Positions 27,523-40,544 of a stretch of 64,000 bases of DNA are shown here, piece after piece. The notes beneath the pieces are model-generated. The model worked only from the letters and a program-made list of their open reading frames with translations. It did no database searches and had not been told where the DNA came from. The first letter of the stretch is position 1. Each line of letters begins with the position of its first letter. The DNA comes from Octopus sinensis (Eukaryota). The stretch covers positions 66,898,001 through 66,962,000 of the forward strand of contig NC_042998.1 in assembly GCF_006345805.1 (NCBI RefSeq). The letters run 5' to 3'. Both the position numbers and the translations under genes were made by a program.

Positions 27523-27629
27523 TATATATGCACACATAAACGTCGAACAATGGGAATGAGTGCTCAACACTGCATTGGCGGATAGAGGTTCTTCACATCT
27601 CTATTAAGCCTTAATACCCAAATAAAGCA

Positions 27630-27755
27630 TATATATCTTGGCAGGTTTAGCTCCAAATTTTAGAATTCACAGCTATACCAACCCTCGAACTGGACGGCAC
27701 TGCATCATACCAAAGGTACCGTCTTCCCCAGCTAAAATAAGGACACATTACTGAA
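27630..27755 (+). mobile_element. CR1/L2-like LINE C-terminal fragment
   Basis: Reads ILAGLAPNFRIHSYTNPRTGRHCIIPKVPSSPAKIRTHY, resembling LINE post-RT C-termini. Confidence 0.55.
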
Positions 27756-27885
27756 ACGACAGAAAATACAATGCTGGAGATAATCAAATAAGAGAAGAGA
27801 GGTGAGAGAATGGATATTTATTCCATTCGTTTGCAGCTGTTTCATATTATTATTACAAATCAACATTTTCACCCATACGATATAC

Positions 27886-27945
<60 letters not shown>

Positions 27946-27962
27946 AATATATATATATACAC

Positions 27963-28061
27963 GCACAGCGTAGCTATGTGGAACGAAGCTTGCTTCCCAA
28001 GCTGATTGTTGTGGGTTCAGTCCCATATCGTGGCACGTTGGGCAAGTGTCTTCAACTATAA
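27963..28061 (+). mobile_element. tRNA-derived SINE 5' fragment
   Basis: gctatgtgg...gggttcagtccca...cgtggcacgttgggcaagtgtcttc matches the head of the full-length copy at 51023-51448. Confidence 0.8.
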
Positions 28062-28114
28062 TCAACACTGGCTTCAAAGATAGATTAATATATAATCCCT
28101 CTAATAATAATCAA

Positions 28115-28807
28115 AATATGAATAATAGACCTAATGGTAGCAATGATCAAATAGTAGAATATAACCACGATTATTTGGTTCGCCGCTCCCTTTTCCCTTA
28201 ATATAAAAACTAAGAGTGGTAAAAGATTCCTGTCACTCCAAGACAAACACTTTCAAGCCACTCACAAATTGCAGGAAAATATTTAATAGGCGTTCTGTGA
28301 AAGTATCATATAACTGCTGCCCCAATAGGAAGAGTATCATTACACATGGACAATACCAAAAACCTGAATCCAGTTGCAACTGTCACGACCCAGGATCCTG
28401 CCTACTTGACGAACGATGTATGACTAAATCTATCATGTTTAAGGCAGAAGTTAATGCAACCCTAAATAATAATACAACTGATAAGAAGATCTATATCGGA
28501 TTATGTAAAGGTGAATTTTAAAATAGCTATGACAATCACATAGCCTCCTTCCGACAAAAGTAAAGCTACTAAGTTGGCTAGCTACTTATGGATTTTGAAA
28601 GATAACGAAACACAGCATGTGATTAAATGGAAAATAATTGAGAAATCCATACCTTAAGTGAATGGATCGCAAAAATGTAGACTTTGTTTGGCTGATAGAG
28701 TGCAGATCCTGTTCAGATCTAAGATCCTTAGCTCTCTATTGAACTCCAGGTCAGGACGTTTCAGTGGTTGCATGCATTTGTACAAATATAGTTTGAAGAA
28801 TTGGTAA
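28115..28807 (+). mobile_element. Penelope-like element (Naiad/Chlamys-type) 3' fragment: thumb-linker-GIY-YIG endonuclease, pseudogenised
   Basis: Reads IIWFAAPFSLNIKTKSGKRFLSL-DKHF, RKIFNRRSVKVSYNC, CNCHDPGSCLLDERCMTKSIMFKAEV...KIYIGLCKGEF, SYLWILKD...IKWKIIEKS, CRLCLAD and LLNSRS...CMH, with stops and frameshifts. Confidence 0.85.
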
Positions 28808-29179
28808 TTCCGCCTTTTCCTGACTGACTTGATATCTTTCCGGCCTTATTATTTAAGGTCTAAGGAGAATAGACCTTTTACCTCTTTAATTTTTTTTGAC
28901 GTTATAGTTTCTGTTTATCCTTTTTCGTTGTTTACTGCCTACGTTTTCCGTATGCAGCCTTCTCAGTTTTTTTCCCTGTTTCTTCTATTATTCAATTTCT
29001 TTAGTTCATTATATGTGGTTTGCGCCTAAAGAATATCTTTGAGCTTTCTCAACATATGAAATTATTAGTAGCACTTTAATGCATGTATTGTGACCTTTAA
29101 ATAAGTAATATTTATCTCTCACCAAATGGAGTATATTTTTTGCTGAATTATCTAGTACATTATGTATGTGTTTGTTTGT

Positions 29180-29300
29180 ACCCCCACATGCTGGTGTGTT
29201 TACGTCCCGTAACATAGTGATTTGGCAGGAGAGACCGATGTAATAAGTACTATGCTTACAAAGAATAAGTCCTGAGATCGATTTATTCGACTAAAGGCAG
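29180..29300 (+). mobile_element. SINE central/3' fragment
   Basis: gctggtgtgtttacgtcccgtaac...ataagtac...aagaataagtcc...gatttattcgactaaaggc is the reverse complement of the 51060-51210 region. Confidence 0.75.
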
Positions 29301-29397
29301 TGATTCTATTTGGCTGCTCTCAAATGATAGAAACAAGTAAAGGTATAAAATAATAAAATAATATATATATATATATACACCCACACACCCACATACT

Positions 29398-29428
<31 letters not shown>

Positions 29429-29466
29429 GGTGTGTGTGTGTGTGAGTTGTGAGTGAGTGTGTGTGA

Positions 29467-29506
<40 letters not shown>

Positions 29507-29952
29507 GCACGCACGCACACACACGCACCCCCCCATAAATAAAGAAATAAAGAAATATATATATAGGAAAATATGAAATCCTTGGTACAGTAAGGTATAT
29601 TTGAAAAAGGAAAAGAATGATCGCTGGTAGTTCTAATCAATTTAACTTGTGTGTATGTATGTATGTGTGTATGTATGTATGTGTGTATGTATGTATGTAT
29701 GTATGTATGTAATTGTTTATATGTGGATACCGTTATATACGAGATGAGAAAGAAGCTAACAGACTAACCCTCAGAATGTCCTTTTTAGTCGCATACACCA
29801 ACTCTACTTACTTTACATTTACGACAACAGCTATAAGCCACGGCACAGTCAGAATATATTTGCTTGATTGTTTTAGCGAAGCGAAATTTGCTTGTATATG
29901 TTACACCGACATTTCAGATTATTCTGTAAATGCCGTACATTGCATTGTCCGA

Positions 29953-30045
29953 TATCTATCTATCTAATTATTTATCTGTCTACCTATGTGTCCATCAATC
30001 TCCCCCCTCTCTCTATCCATCTAACAATCTATCTATCTATCAAGA

Positions 30046-30123
<78 letters not shown>

Positions 30124-30164
30124 AATATCTATCTATCTATCAATCTAACTATCCATCAATCTAT

Positions 30165-30196
<32 letters not shown>

Positions 30197-30225
30197 CTAG
30201 TTATCTATCTATCAATCTATTTTCA

Positions 30226-30286
<61 letters not shown>

Positions 30287-30330
30287 ATCTATCTATCTTC
30301 TATCTATCTATTTATCTATCCATCAATCTA
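29953..30330. repeat. Degenerate (TCTA)n microsatellite
   Basis: Long interrupted tetranucleotide array. Confidence 0.9.
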
Positions 30331-30365
30331 GTTAGATCTTATCTATCTTTCCTTACTCATACGCC

Positions 30366-30406
<41 letters not shown>

Positions 30407-31464
30407 CACGTATATACATATATATATGTGTGTGTGTGTATGTGTGTTTGTGTGTGTGTGCTCATGCAATATATGCCATTTGTATTTTGGTGTGCGTTTC
30501 TATGTATTCAGCAACTGCAAGAACAATGAAGCAAGCACATGTCCTAGATTGTAGTAAGCATGCATGTAAAGTGAGATACACATTACACACACACAAAAAA
30601 GCAAAATTTGCAGACACTCATATGCCTTTACAATACAGCTTAACCCTGAACTATTTTAATTAAGAAATTGAATCATGTAGAAGCTTGTATATATTCTTTG
30701 AATGACGCATATCAAAAACCGTTTACACAATGACTCAAAGTGAGCAAAGAAGCACATAAATTGGCATACTCTGCCGGAAAACTACTGATCGCTAAGAACT
30801 GGCTTAAACAATATAAAATGAGACTGAAGAAGTCACTCAAATATACATTTACACATACACAGATCCATAGGAACAGAGGCATGCTGACTTGGTCCATAAA
30901 ACCAATAGAATAAACATTGATATTTGATCTGAAGTTTATTATAAACGTCGATGTCTGTTGAAATATATCTAATTGAATCCTGGAATGCAGTATAATAGTA
31001 AAGTTAGTCTTAAAGTATTTACCGCCTGGGGGAAATAGATACTGAGAAAAAAAAATATTAGTTTATGTCTAGTATTATTTCTGTTTCCAGCAAATATGGA
31101 AAACAAATCCGAGCATTCTGATCTCAATAACTACAAAGCTCTTTCAACGTACTTTAATTCAAATTTTATTCTCAACAAACAAGTAGCTGCAAAAGTTCTC
31201 TAAAATCTGAAAGCATAAGACATAATACAGAGAAAATACCTGCCCGATAATTAGAAATAATTTAACTTGTCCAGCAACTAAACATACCAATATACGATCT
31301 CTCTTAAATATAATATAATTTGCATGTATTTAAACAAATTTGAATCTGAGAGAAATATGAGATTTAATAAATAAGTAAAGTTTTTCATACAGAGATTCGA
31401 AAAATTTTGTTCTAAATTTTGGCTTCTATCTACAGTCTTATATTATATTATATATAATATATAT

Positions 31465-31506
<42 letters not shown>

Positions 31507-31963
31507 ATGTGTTATTTTGTTTCTTAACCGGAGCTGGTAGAAATCATAGGATGGTGGTGATTGCTGGCGAAAAAATCGTTGGAGTGTTTGTCATCGACCA
31601 TATTGATCCAAAACTTACTTCGATTTCCGTTTATTGAGTGGCTTATATAATGTATACATATGTGCCTATGTGTGAGTGGGTGCTGTGTTCCTCTGTATGT
31701 GTGTGTGTGTGTGTTTGTGTGTGTGTTTGTGTGTTTGTGTGTGTCTCAACGCATAAGAAGTGGGTTTGATTCCTAGACTAAGTCATGGGTCAAGACACTT
31801 CCTTGTAGGCCACTCTAACCTACTCAGCTGTAGTAAATACCATCTTAGAGGTATGTATCCCTCTCATATTAATCTTGTCACATTCTACACGTTTTGGTCG
31901 GGAGCAGGCGGGAAAGAGAGTGTCTATGCCTGTTTGCATAGACGTCTAATTTAACTAACTACA

Positions 31964-32003
<40 letters not shown>

Positions 32004-32088
32004 TATATACATATATATATAACAATATATATATATAAATATATGTATTATATACATACATATATATATTGTATATATATATATATAA

Positions 32089-32140
<52 letters not shown>

Positions 32141-32146
32141 TATATA

Positions 32147-33430
32147 CGAGGGGCGTTCAATAAGTAATGCTCCTGACCCACTTCCCATAGCAGTAGAGCA
32201 ACGAAACTTGGCACAGTTATTAGCCTTTTTCTACCTAGAAACCACCCAGAGTTACGCATTTCTCCCATTGTTTGATGCAGCTCTGGAGACCCCAGCTTGG
32301 TCCTCCAACCACGACGTGACTTCAGAAATCAAGGCTGCATCATCTGGGAAACGCTTTCCTTTCAAAAACATCTTCATGGCTGGGAAGAGGTGAAAATCCG
32401 AGGGTGCAAGGTCAAGAGAGTAGGGGCATTGGGGAGGAGTTCATAGCCGCACCCCTGTGCTTCTGATCTGGCGACAAGCGAGTTGTGGACCGGAGCGTTG
32501 TCCTGCAGGAGGAGGATGCCTTTGCTGAACTTTCCCCGCCTCTTGATTTTGATAGCTTCTCTTAATTTCATCAAAAGTGAAGCATAATAGGCTCCTGTAA
32601 TTTTGGTACGCTTTGCCAGGAAATCTGTCATCACTACTCCATCCTGGTCCCAGAAGTCTGTGAGCATGACCTTGCTAGCTGAGGTCTGCACCCTTGCCTA
32701 CTTTGGAGGAGTTGAGTCTCGGTGCTTCCACTGCATTGACTGGGCTTTTGTCTCTGGATCATAGTGATGGACCCAGGTTTCATCCTGTGTAATCAGTCTT
32801 TTGAAAAATTTTGACTCATCTTCTTGGCACATCTCCAAATTCTTCCTCGAGCACTTGACGCGTTCTTGCTTCCAGGAATCCTGGGAATCCATATGGCAAC
32901 CTGGGAATCCATATGGCAGACACCTTTTGCATACGCAAATGGTCATGAATGATTGGTTTCCACAGACCCGGTACTAATCTTGACCTCATGGGCTATTTGG
33001 CGAATAGTTATGCGTCGATCTTCCAAAATGGCTGCCTGAACTTGATGGACAGATGCCTCATCAATAGCAGTAGGGGGCGACCAGATCTGGGAGCTGTTTC
33101 CACAGAGTTCCGACCATGTTTGAATTCACAATGCCAACGTTTTACAAGGTCATATGATGGGGCATCATCACCATAAGTTACTTTCATTTCATCAAAAGTC
33201 CCGTGGTGTGCGTCCTTTCAAATATAAAAAGCGGATCACTGCCCGACACTCAACAGGCTCCATTTCACACTTGAACCAATTCAAACACCTGTAAATCAGA
33301 AACCACAATTAGTTCAGAGCTGTAATTTACCACTTCATCTATGGAGATATGAATAATTTCACATGCAAAAGTTCAGCTAGATCAAACAACTGCAAGTTGG
33401 TCAGAGGCATTACTTATTGAACGCCCCTCG
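32147..33430 (-). mobile_element. Full-length mariner (DD34D) DNA transposon, 1284 bp, inserted in (TA)n
   Basis: TIRs CGAGGGGCGTTCAATAAGTAATGC are 24 bp perfect and imperfect further in. The left flank is TA and the right flank reads TTA. Confidence 0.97.
32220..33263 (-). pseudogene. Mariner transposase pseudogene (~345 codons)
   Basis: Reads MEPVECRAVIRFLYLKG...SYDLVKRW...[54 protein letters not shown] and VEKG*. It has several frameshifts and a 20-bp-period tandem duplication at 32880-32918. Confidence 0.93.
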
Positions 33431-33446
33431 TTAATATATTTCTATC

Positions 33447-33484
<38 letters not shown>

Positions 33485-33485
33485 A

Positions 33486-33529
<44 letters not shown>

Positions 33530-33593
33530 ATATATATACATATATATACATGCACACAACACATATATATATATACTATACACATACATACAT

Positions 33594-33625
<32 letters not shown>

Positions 33626-33667
33626 TATATACATATCCCATACATATATATATATATATACATATAC

Positions 33668-33721
<54 letters not shown>

Positions 33722-33750
33722 TTTATTTAAAGCAGCAGAAAATTCAACAA

Positions 33751-33794
33751 AACCTGTTACTCTGAGTTTCACGTTCCCGTTCGTCGGACAGTTT
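33751..33794 (-). ncRNA. Minimal type I hammerhead-ribozyme-like motif (U4C variant)
   Basis: Reads AACTGT-CCGACGA-ACG(GGAA)CGT-GAAA-CTCAGAG-TA-ACAGGTT. Stem I is CTGT/ACAG, stem II has 3 bp and a GGAA loop, stem III is quasi-palindromic (ACTC-A-GAGT), and the predicted cleavage triplet is GUA. Confidence 0.6.
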
Positions 33795-34042
33795 TTGCTA
33801 GAAACTGTCCGACGAACCGACACGTAGGTCAAGCAGGAAGAGAAAACCAACATATATGATGGAAATTAACGCTAAGAGAAAAAGATATGCCAGTTTCTCA
33901 CCGAGGAAATAAAATTGATAGATTCGGGTTTAAAAAACTCAAAAGGGGGAGGTGTGGTGTCGACGCCCCAGACGATGAAGTTGGCTAGCCCAATACGTAG
34001 AGGAGAGAGGAGTTGAGTAGAGGTCATCCGAACGTGCGACAT

Positions 34043-34096
<54 letters not shown>

Positions 34097-34097
34097 T

Positions 34098-34151
<54 letters not shown>

Positions 34152-34480
34152 CCAATACATGTGAAATCAGCGAAAAATTTGTGATTGATATATATCAGTT
34201 TAACACACATACCGAAATAGTTACAGATAATTCATGCTTTTATAATGACCAGATTTATATAACACGCCATGTATCTCCGAGCAATTATCCAGGCGTTGAT
34301 TGGGTGTTAGATATATATTGCAAACCAGGACGCTTGATAGGGAGAGAATGAGTCCATGTTTCCCTCGGAATTATTTTCTGACGGTCAGTTGAATTGTAAA
34401 TTACCGTTATAGCGTAAATATTTTTGTATCATAAATGGTAGTGTCTTGCGACTTATGTTATGATAGAGGAAAGGTTGGTA

Positions 34481-35344
34481 CAGTCAACTCTCGTTACTCT
34501 GCCACCCTGTGGGACTGAGCCAAAGTGGCATAGTACCGAGAGTGGCATAGTACCGAGGGTCGGTTATCTAAACACTACATAACCAAAAATTTACTGAACA
34601 TACGAATAAAAATTCATAGGGTAGGAAGTAAGGCCAATAAGAAGTTCAATGCAATGGTAAAAAGAAGACATCCAAGTTTATTAAGTTCAGATTGCTTTTA
34701 GTTAATACCGAAGCTCTCAAAAATTGTCGGCTGACGCATCTTCTTTCGGCGGATTTCATTCATTTCGTTGTCTACCCTATCACACGCCTGCATGACGCTG
34801 GGTTTTCCGCTGCTCTGCTGCTGCACAAACTTTCGGATAGTGCTCTATGCTCTCTGGGCATCTGCAAACGAAACGTATTCCTCTTCCACAATTAACTCGT
34901 CGTCTTCACTTTCCACCGGCTCTTCGTTATGCATTACCTCCTTTGCTATTTCTTCTAGAGTGAAACATGTCGGACAATACAAGGGGCGGTAACTTGTATC
35001 AGATATTACTAATAATACGAGGGGCCCGACAATAACGTTTTTCGCAGCATCGATAATCTCCTTCTTTTCCTTCAGCGTAAACTTAGTCCGCTTGCGTTTC
35101 TGAGCTGACATTGTGTGCTACTTTCTGAACTTTTCCACAAGATTACAAATACGAAATGTACAAAATGTAGGAGTAAAAAATTTCGAAAAGTTGCGTGCGC
35201 TTCAGTTTACAAGTGGCATAGTAGCGAGAGTTGAGGGTGGCATAGTAAAAAAATTTTGTTTATTATTTGGCCGGGACCGCGCAAAACTGGCATAGTAGCG
35301 AGAGTAGCATAGTAGCGAGGTGGCATAGTAGCGAGAGTTGACTG
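34481..35344 (-). mobile_element. Tigger/pogo-family non-autonomous deletion derivative (864 bp)
   Basis: TIR CAGTCAACTCTCG(T/C)TACT(C/A)TGCCACC is 26 bp with 2 mismatches, with TA on both flanks. Multiple subterminal GGCATAGTA(G/C)CGAG repeats are present. Confidence 0.93.
34698..35111 (-). pseudogene. Internally deleted pogo-like transposase (N-terminal HTH start fused to acidic C-terminus), one in-frame TAG
   Basis: Reads MSAQKRKRTKFTLKEKKEIIDAAKN...EEPVESEDDELIVEEEYVSFADAQRA*STIRKFVQQQ...KKMRQPTIFESFGIN*. No DDE/DDD domain is present. Confidence 0.8.
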
Positions 35345-35629
35345 TATATGTGTCATGTTCCTTTTATTATAACAAAATAAAGTACAGAGCTGTTATTTGC
35401 TGGAGTTTAAATTTGGTTTAAGTAATTGTACGGGAAATCATTCTATACCGTATTCCTGCTGTATTGGTATTCAAGAAAATGTATTTATAGAAAACATATT
35501 TACCTAATATATTTTCCATGCAAAGCATAGCTTGAGAAGAATTATAGAATGAAAAAATGCTAATTAAAATTATAAGCTAATATTACGCTTCATATAAATA
35601 ATAACATGGACTGTATAATTTCAGTTAAA

Positions 35630-35633
35630 TAAA

Positions 35634-35693
<60 letters not shown>
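35630..35693. repeat. (AAT)n microsatellite
   Basis: Near-perfect trinucleotide array. Confidence 0.95.
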
Positions 35694-35695
<2 letters not shown>

Positions 35696-36359
35696 ACAAT
35701 AAAGGATAATACAGATGTTCTTTGTGGGAAATAAAGTATTTGCATATTCATTTTCTCCTCTCTAGAAGCTTGAGATTTTAATGTGATTGAAATAAGCTAG
35801 GTTACAATGTAGGTGTGATCGAGGGAAGAATTTTGGAAAGGATTATCTTTTCTTTTACGGAAGTAGAATTTAATGTTTTTAAATACATTTTATGTTAAAA
35901 AGAGAATAATCATTCTGAATGCTTGTTTATTTTATGTTTCTGTGGATATAATTTTCCATATCTTGCGGTCGTGAACATTTTCCATACATTCAATATCTAA
36001 TGAGTCATTGTTCTTTCTACGATATTTCTTTGTTTTTAAAATTCATATATACACTGAGAAAAAGCTTTTATTTTAATTATTAATAAATGGAATATATGTA
36101 CATACTGGTTATAGTGCGGTAATGAGTTTTCTTTTTTTACTTGTGCTTAAACGTTGCTTTTCGCCATATTGTCGCAGTATTGGACTGTAATTGGACAGTA
36201 AATTACAGTCCAATACAGTATTGGCAACTCATGTTTAAACGTTGCTTTTTACTGTACTGGACTCTATTCCCTCTTCTACTGTTAGCATTGCATATCTGAT
36301 AAGTATTTTGATGTTAGCCGAATTCGTATGTGATGATATTAAAATATCTTCATAATTAC

Positions 36360-36400
36360 GTGCTTCATTTTGTTATTTGTCTGGATAAAACTGAAAGTAA

Positions 36401-36466
<66 letters not shown>

Positions 36467-36823
36467 GCGTGTGTGTGTGCGTGTGTGTGTGTGTGTATGA
36501 AAATGGTTACTGTGATAGTATGATTCTTTTCAAAGAAGTAAAGCAGAAGTTTTCTCTTGTAATTCATGATTTGAAAAATAAAATAACTTAAACGTAGGAA
36601 TCCATCATCTTCATAAATACCTGTTTGTATCATCTGGAACTCAATCTTTTAATTTGAGTGTAGGTTCATAGCTAAAAAAATTGCCTGAATCGTGTGATCT
36701 CAAACGAGCATAAAATTCTCGTCGGGTTTCCAGTCTATATTATAAATACAATTTTGGAACTAGAGTTAATATTTCATCTTACTTCTCTTTTAAACTATAT
36801 AATTTACCCTTCTTCAGACATTT
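36360..36823 (-). other. Candidate chain of four small exons (36808-36823, 36621-36734, 36511-36555, 36360-36390)
   Basis: GT-AG introns of 73, 65 and 120 nt are all phase 2. The spliced frame is MSEEGLETRREFYARLRSHDSGNFFSYEPTLKLKD*VPDDTNRENFCFTSLKRIILSHFIQTNNKMKH, with one TGA. Confidence 0.25.
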
Positions 36824-38145
36824 CTGTAAATATATATTCAGTAACAGGTTTTATATCGTGCACTCCTCATACGTTATGAAAACAGAATGATTCAGAATGA
36901 TTATACACTTTTTTTACATAAAATGTATTCAGAAACCCATTAAATTCTGCTAATGTAATAGAGAATATAATCATTTCCCAAATTCTTCCTTCGATCTTCA
37001 TGAATATGTGACTGTAGCAATTTGAATTATTTCTTTCTATAGATTAACTTACACCGTCTTATTACTGTGCGGTTATTCCGAAGTTACTTGTTTCAGATTG
37101 AAGATTATCTTATCTACGTTCCAAATAATTTTTACCTATGCCCGTTTTAATTGGATTAATTATGCAAATTGAATCTGCCGGCAGTTTTATATAATATTTA
37201 AATACGATATACAAGGATTTCAGTATGAGATGTTCCAATCGGTCAGTAAAATCTAATTTTGCAGTTATTTTAAATATTTACGTTTATTCTGTTAAGTATG
37301 TTTCATTCTACCTTTTTCTACGTATTGTTTATTCAATTAGTTCTGTTTATTGCATAGCTATTTATTGATTACATATAAAGTTTTAGTCGTGTCGAAATGC
37401 ATGTATAATTGGTTATAATTTTTCATACCACGCAAAATTTAGTTTAATTTATTCTGAAATCACTATTGGTTTTTGAAAATTTTTTATTTTTAATAAATGA
37501 ATAAACATTATTCCAAAATTATTATTACAAGATTTTATTAGGTGAGCTCGTTTTACAGATATCTCCATATTTATGCTTGGTACTGGAATTGTTTACGTGA
37601 CTGCTAAAGAAAAGTATGCTCATCAACGTATTCTTCCGATGGAATGTATTTGTCTTCTGTAAAAGTGATTTTAATTTAATTAAATATTGCGTGGTATATA
37701 ACTTCTAAACAATTATACACTTAGTCTCAATAAACTTTATAAGAAATTTAAAAACAGCTATACAAAAGACATATCGATAATTTAATCACTGATGTTTACA
37801 GGAAAATGTAGAATGGAAAACAACGGATTAATTTGACATTCGGGAAGACTATCTATATTAAGTTATAAATATTGTAAAGCATTTCAACATTCTGAACCTA
37901 TTGAATACCGGTACAGAAGTTATTTCACCCATCTTTTGGCATTATATCAAAATACATTTCATATTTAAATAACAGTGAAACTTTTCACCATATTAATTCT
38001 CACAAAATACCTGTTTTGAATTATATTGGTTTTCTATAAAATATCATACTTTTTCATTGATATATCTTTCTATCTTACAGCTCATTAACTACTTTACAGC
38101 TCATCATTTCAGATTATTGCCTTTAATACATTTATTACAAATATA

Positions 38146-38352
38146 GTGGTGAGGTGGCAGAGTGGTCGCCGTGCCGCGCAAAATGCGTAGCGGCGTTTTG
38201 TCTGGCTTTAGGTTCTGTGTTAAAATTTCACCGAGGTGGAATTCGCCTTTCATCATTTCGAGGTCGATGAAATAAGTATCAGTTTAACTTTCCGGTCGAT
38301 GTAATTAACTTATGCCCTACCTGAAATTACTAGTCATGAGCTAAAATTTGAA
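38146..38352 (+). mobile_element. tRNA-derived SINE (same family as 60521)
   Basis: ggtgaggtggcagag...aaatgcgtagcggc...ccgaggtgga...gcctttcatc...ataagtatcag. Confidence 0.8.
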
Positions 38353-38562
38353 ATCAGTATCTATATTGCGAATGAACGTTAAAAGTGCCTTTAATCTTAA
38401 AATATATATAATTACATATTATATGAGCATGTTCAAGTATGGCAACATTCTTAAAGAGCTTGCATTGCAGCTATGTGGTTTTGGTCCAAATTCTATTGCA
38501 CAGTATTTTGGGCAATTGTTTTCAAACAGAGCCTTGCGTCGACCAATGCCTTGTCAGTAAAC

Positions 38563-38795
38563 TTGGGAGATGTAAGCGGCATAGGAGCCCAACGTATATA
38601 TGTGTGTGTGTATGTCTCTTATGTTTTCGTTTCTCCCCAGCACTGCTTGATAACCGGTGTTGGATTATTTACGTCCATGTAACTTAGCGGTTTGCAAAAA
38701 TGCCGAAATTATAAGTACCAGGCTTTAACGAAATAAGTGCCAGAGGCAATTTTATTCGACTAAGCACTTCAAGGTGGTGATCCAGCCTAGTCACA
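38563..38795 (+). mobile_element. SINE fragment (3' half of the 51023-51448 family)
   Basis: cttgataaccggtgttggattatttacgtcc...taacttagcggtt...ataagtaccaggcttt...ttattcgactaa. Confidence 0.75.
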
Positions 38796-40544
38796 GATAT
38801 ATGACGTTAAGTTATGTGTATCTAAAATCCACTGTGCCATAACGATGACATCGTCTGTATCTTGAATAATGTTACATTTTAATTGAGTATATAGGATGCA
38901 TAGCCTATTCATATTTATATAATGTTTTTATAACGTTTTAAAGTATGAAAACATTGAAATATAATTACATTTTTAGTCAAATTGTAATTAAGATAATAAA
39001 AGTCGAAACGATGATGGGACACGAAAGAGATGAAACTGTCGCAAAGATGAAAAGATATTTCGAAAAGGGTAAAAACCGGGTTCAAAAACATATCCGTGGA
39101 CCCCACTGATTTCTATTTTACTATAGCGTTTCGATATTCAAAAATTAGATTTATGGAAATTTATTTCAAAATTCCTGTTGCGTTATTGACGCATTAACTT
39201 GTATAGGTTGAATTTCGTAATATTTTATAGAAATAAACGTTGATGTTTCTTCCGATACATATCAATACACCCAAAGTAAAATATTTTTAGGGATCCTTAA
39301 AATGCTATTGTGGATACCTAATTCACAATTTTGCTACGTGGAACTCCAAAAACCTTTTATGAACCCCGGTTCAGAACCATTGCATTAAAACATCTTCGCT
39401 TATAGTTATCGCCCAGTAGTTTGCCTTTATGCGCAACATCCATAAAATTAAACGAAATATCATTTATATATTGCTGATGGTAAAAGATCTTTACACACAA
39501 AATTGCAGCGTCCACATAGATAAGGCAAATAAATGACACTTATTGGCAAAATGCATTTTCATCATTTAAGCAATAATATTATCTATTAACATCCACTTGT
39601 TACTCAAAGCTACCTGTACACAGATATAATTCGTAGAAACTTCATGGTCCAAATTCTTGTGATTACTATTATTCCATTAAAACAACACAGCAATGTCTGG
39701 TTCTCTCTTTCTCCATTTCCTTGCTCACACACACACGTACACAGATATAGATACATACATAGACAGACATACACATATGTTTATATGTATGTCTATACAC
39801 AGCTACATATCTATATGTATATATATATGTACACACACATACACACACTCACACACAGAGGCGTGCACAGGGTATTGTCACATCAAAGGCTATGCCAGTG
39901 TACAAAGGCCGAAATGTTCTGCGCTGTATAATTGAAAACCCAACAACGTGGATACAGAGCAAATTATTTGACTAAAGATTTGAATGGTGGTTATAATATA
40001 GCTATCATAAATATATGAGCCGTATAGGAGAAATGGAAACTTTGCCAGAGTGTATTTCGATTGGCTTTATATATATATATATATATATATAAAGTACTTG
40101 CCCACTCTCCTCATAATTTAACAATTATAGAAATTACAGAATTTTAAAAATCTAATTGCTAAAGCATTTTAGTGTTTAACATGAATGAAGTGTTGACCAG
40201 GCCACTAATCACATCAGTAATTAATTATGTAATCCAACAATGACTTCATTATTAGGGCTGTAATTAAATGATTAATTTGCGCTGTATAAATTTAATTTAT
40301 CCTTGCTGCCACTGAATAAATATGGTGATGTTGATTTTAGAATAATCGTTTTTCTTGTCAGTAACTAATGTAATGTGAAAAGAGTTGAACGATAAGAGAT
40401 TAGCAGGAAAAGGCTATCAAATTTCTCGCTGCTTAGGAATATAAAAGAATAATTATTTACTTGGTGCGCATATGCTTATATGTGATAATGTGGGTGACGC
40501 ATATATATATATATATACATACATATATATATACATATATATAT

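Noticed and set aside
28115-28900. Selenoprotein-type Naiad element (UGA at Cys positions plus SECIS)
   Set aside because: All legible zinc-binding Cys codons in this copy are TGC/TGT. The in-frame stops are TAA from decay, and no SECIS was recognised.
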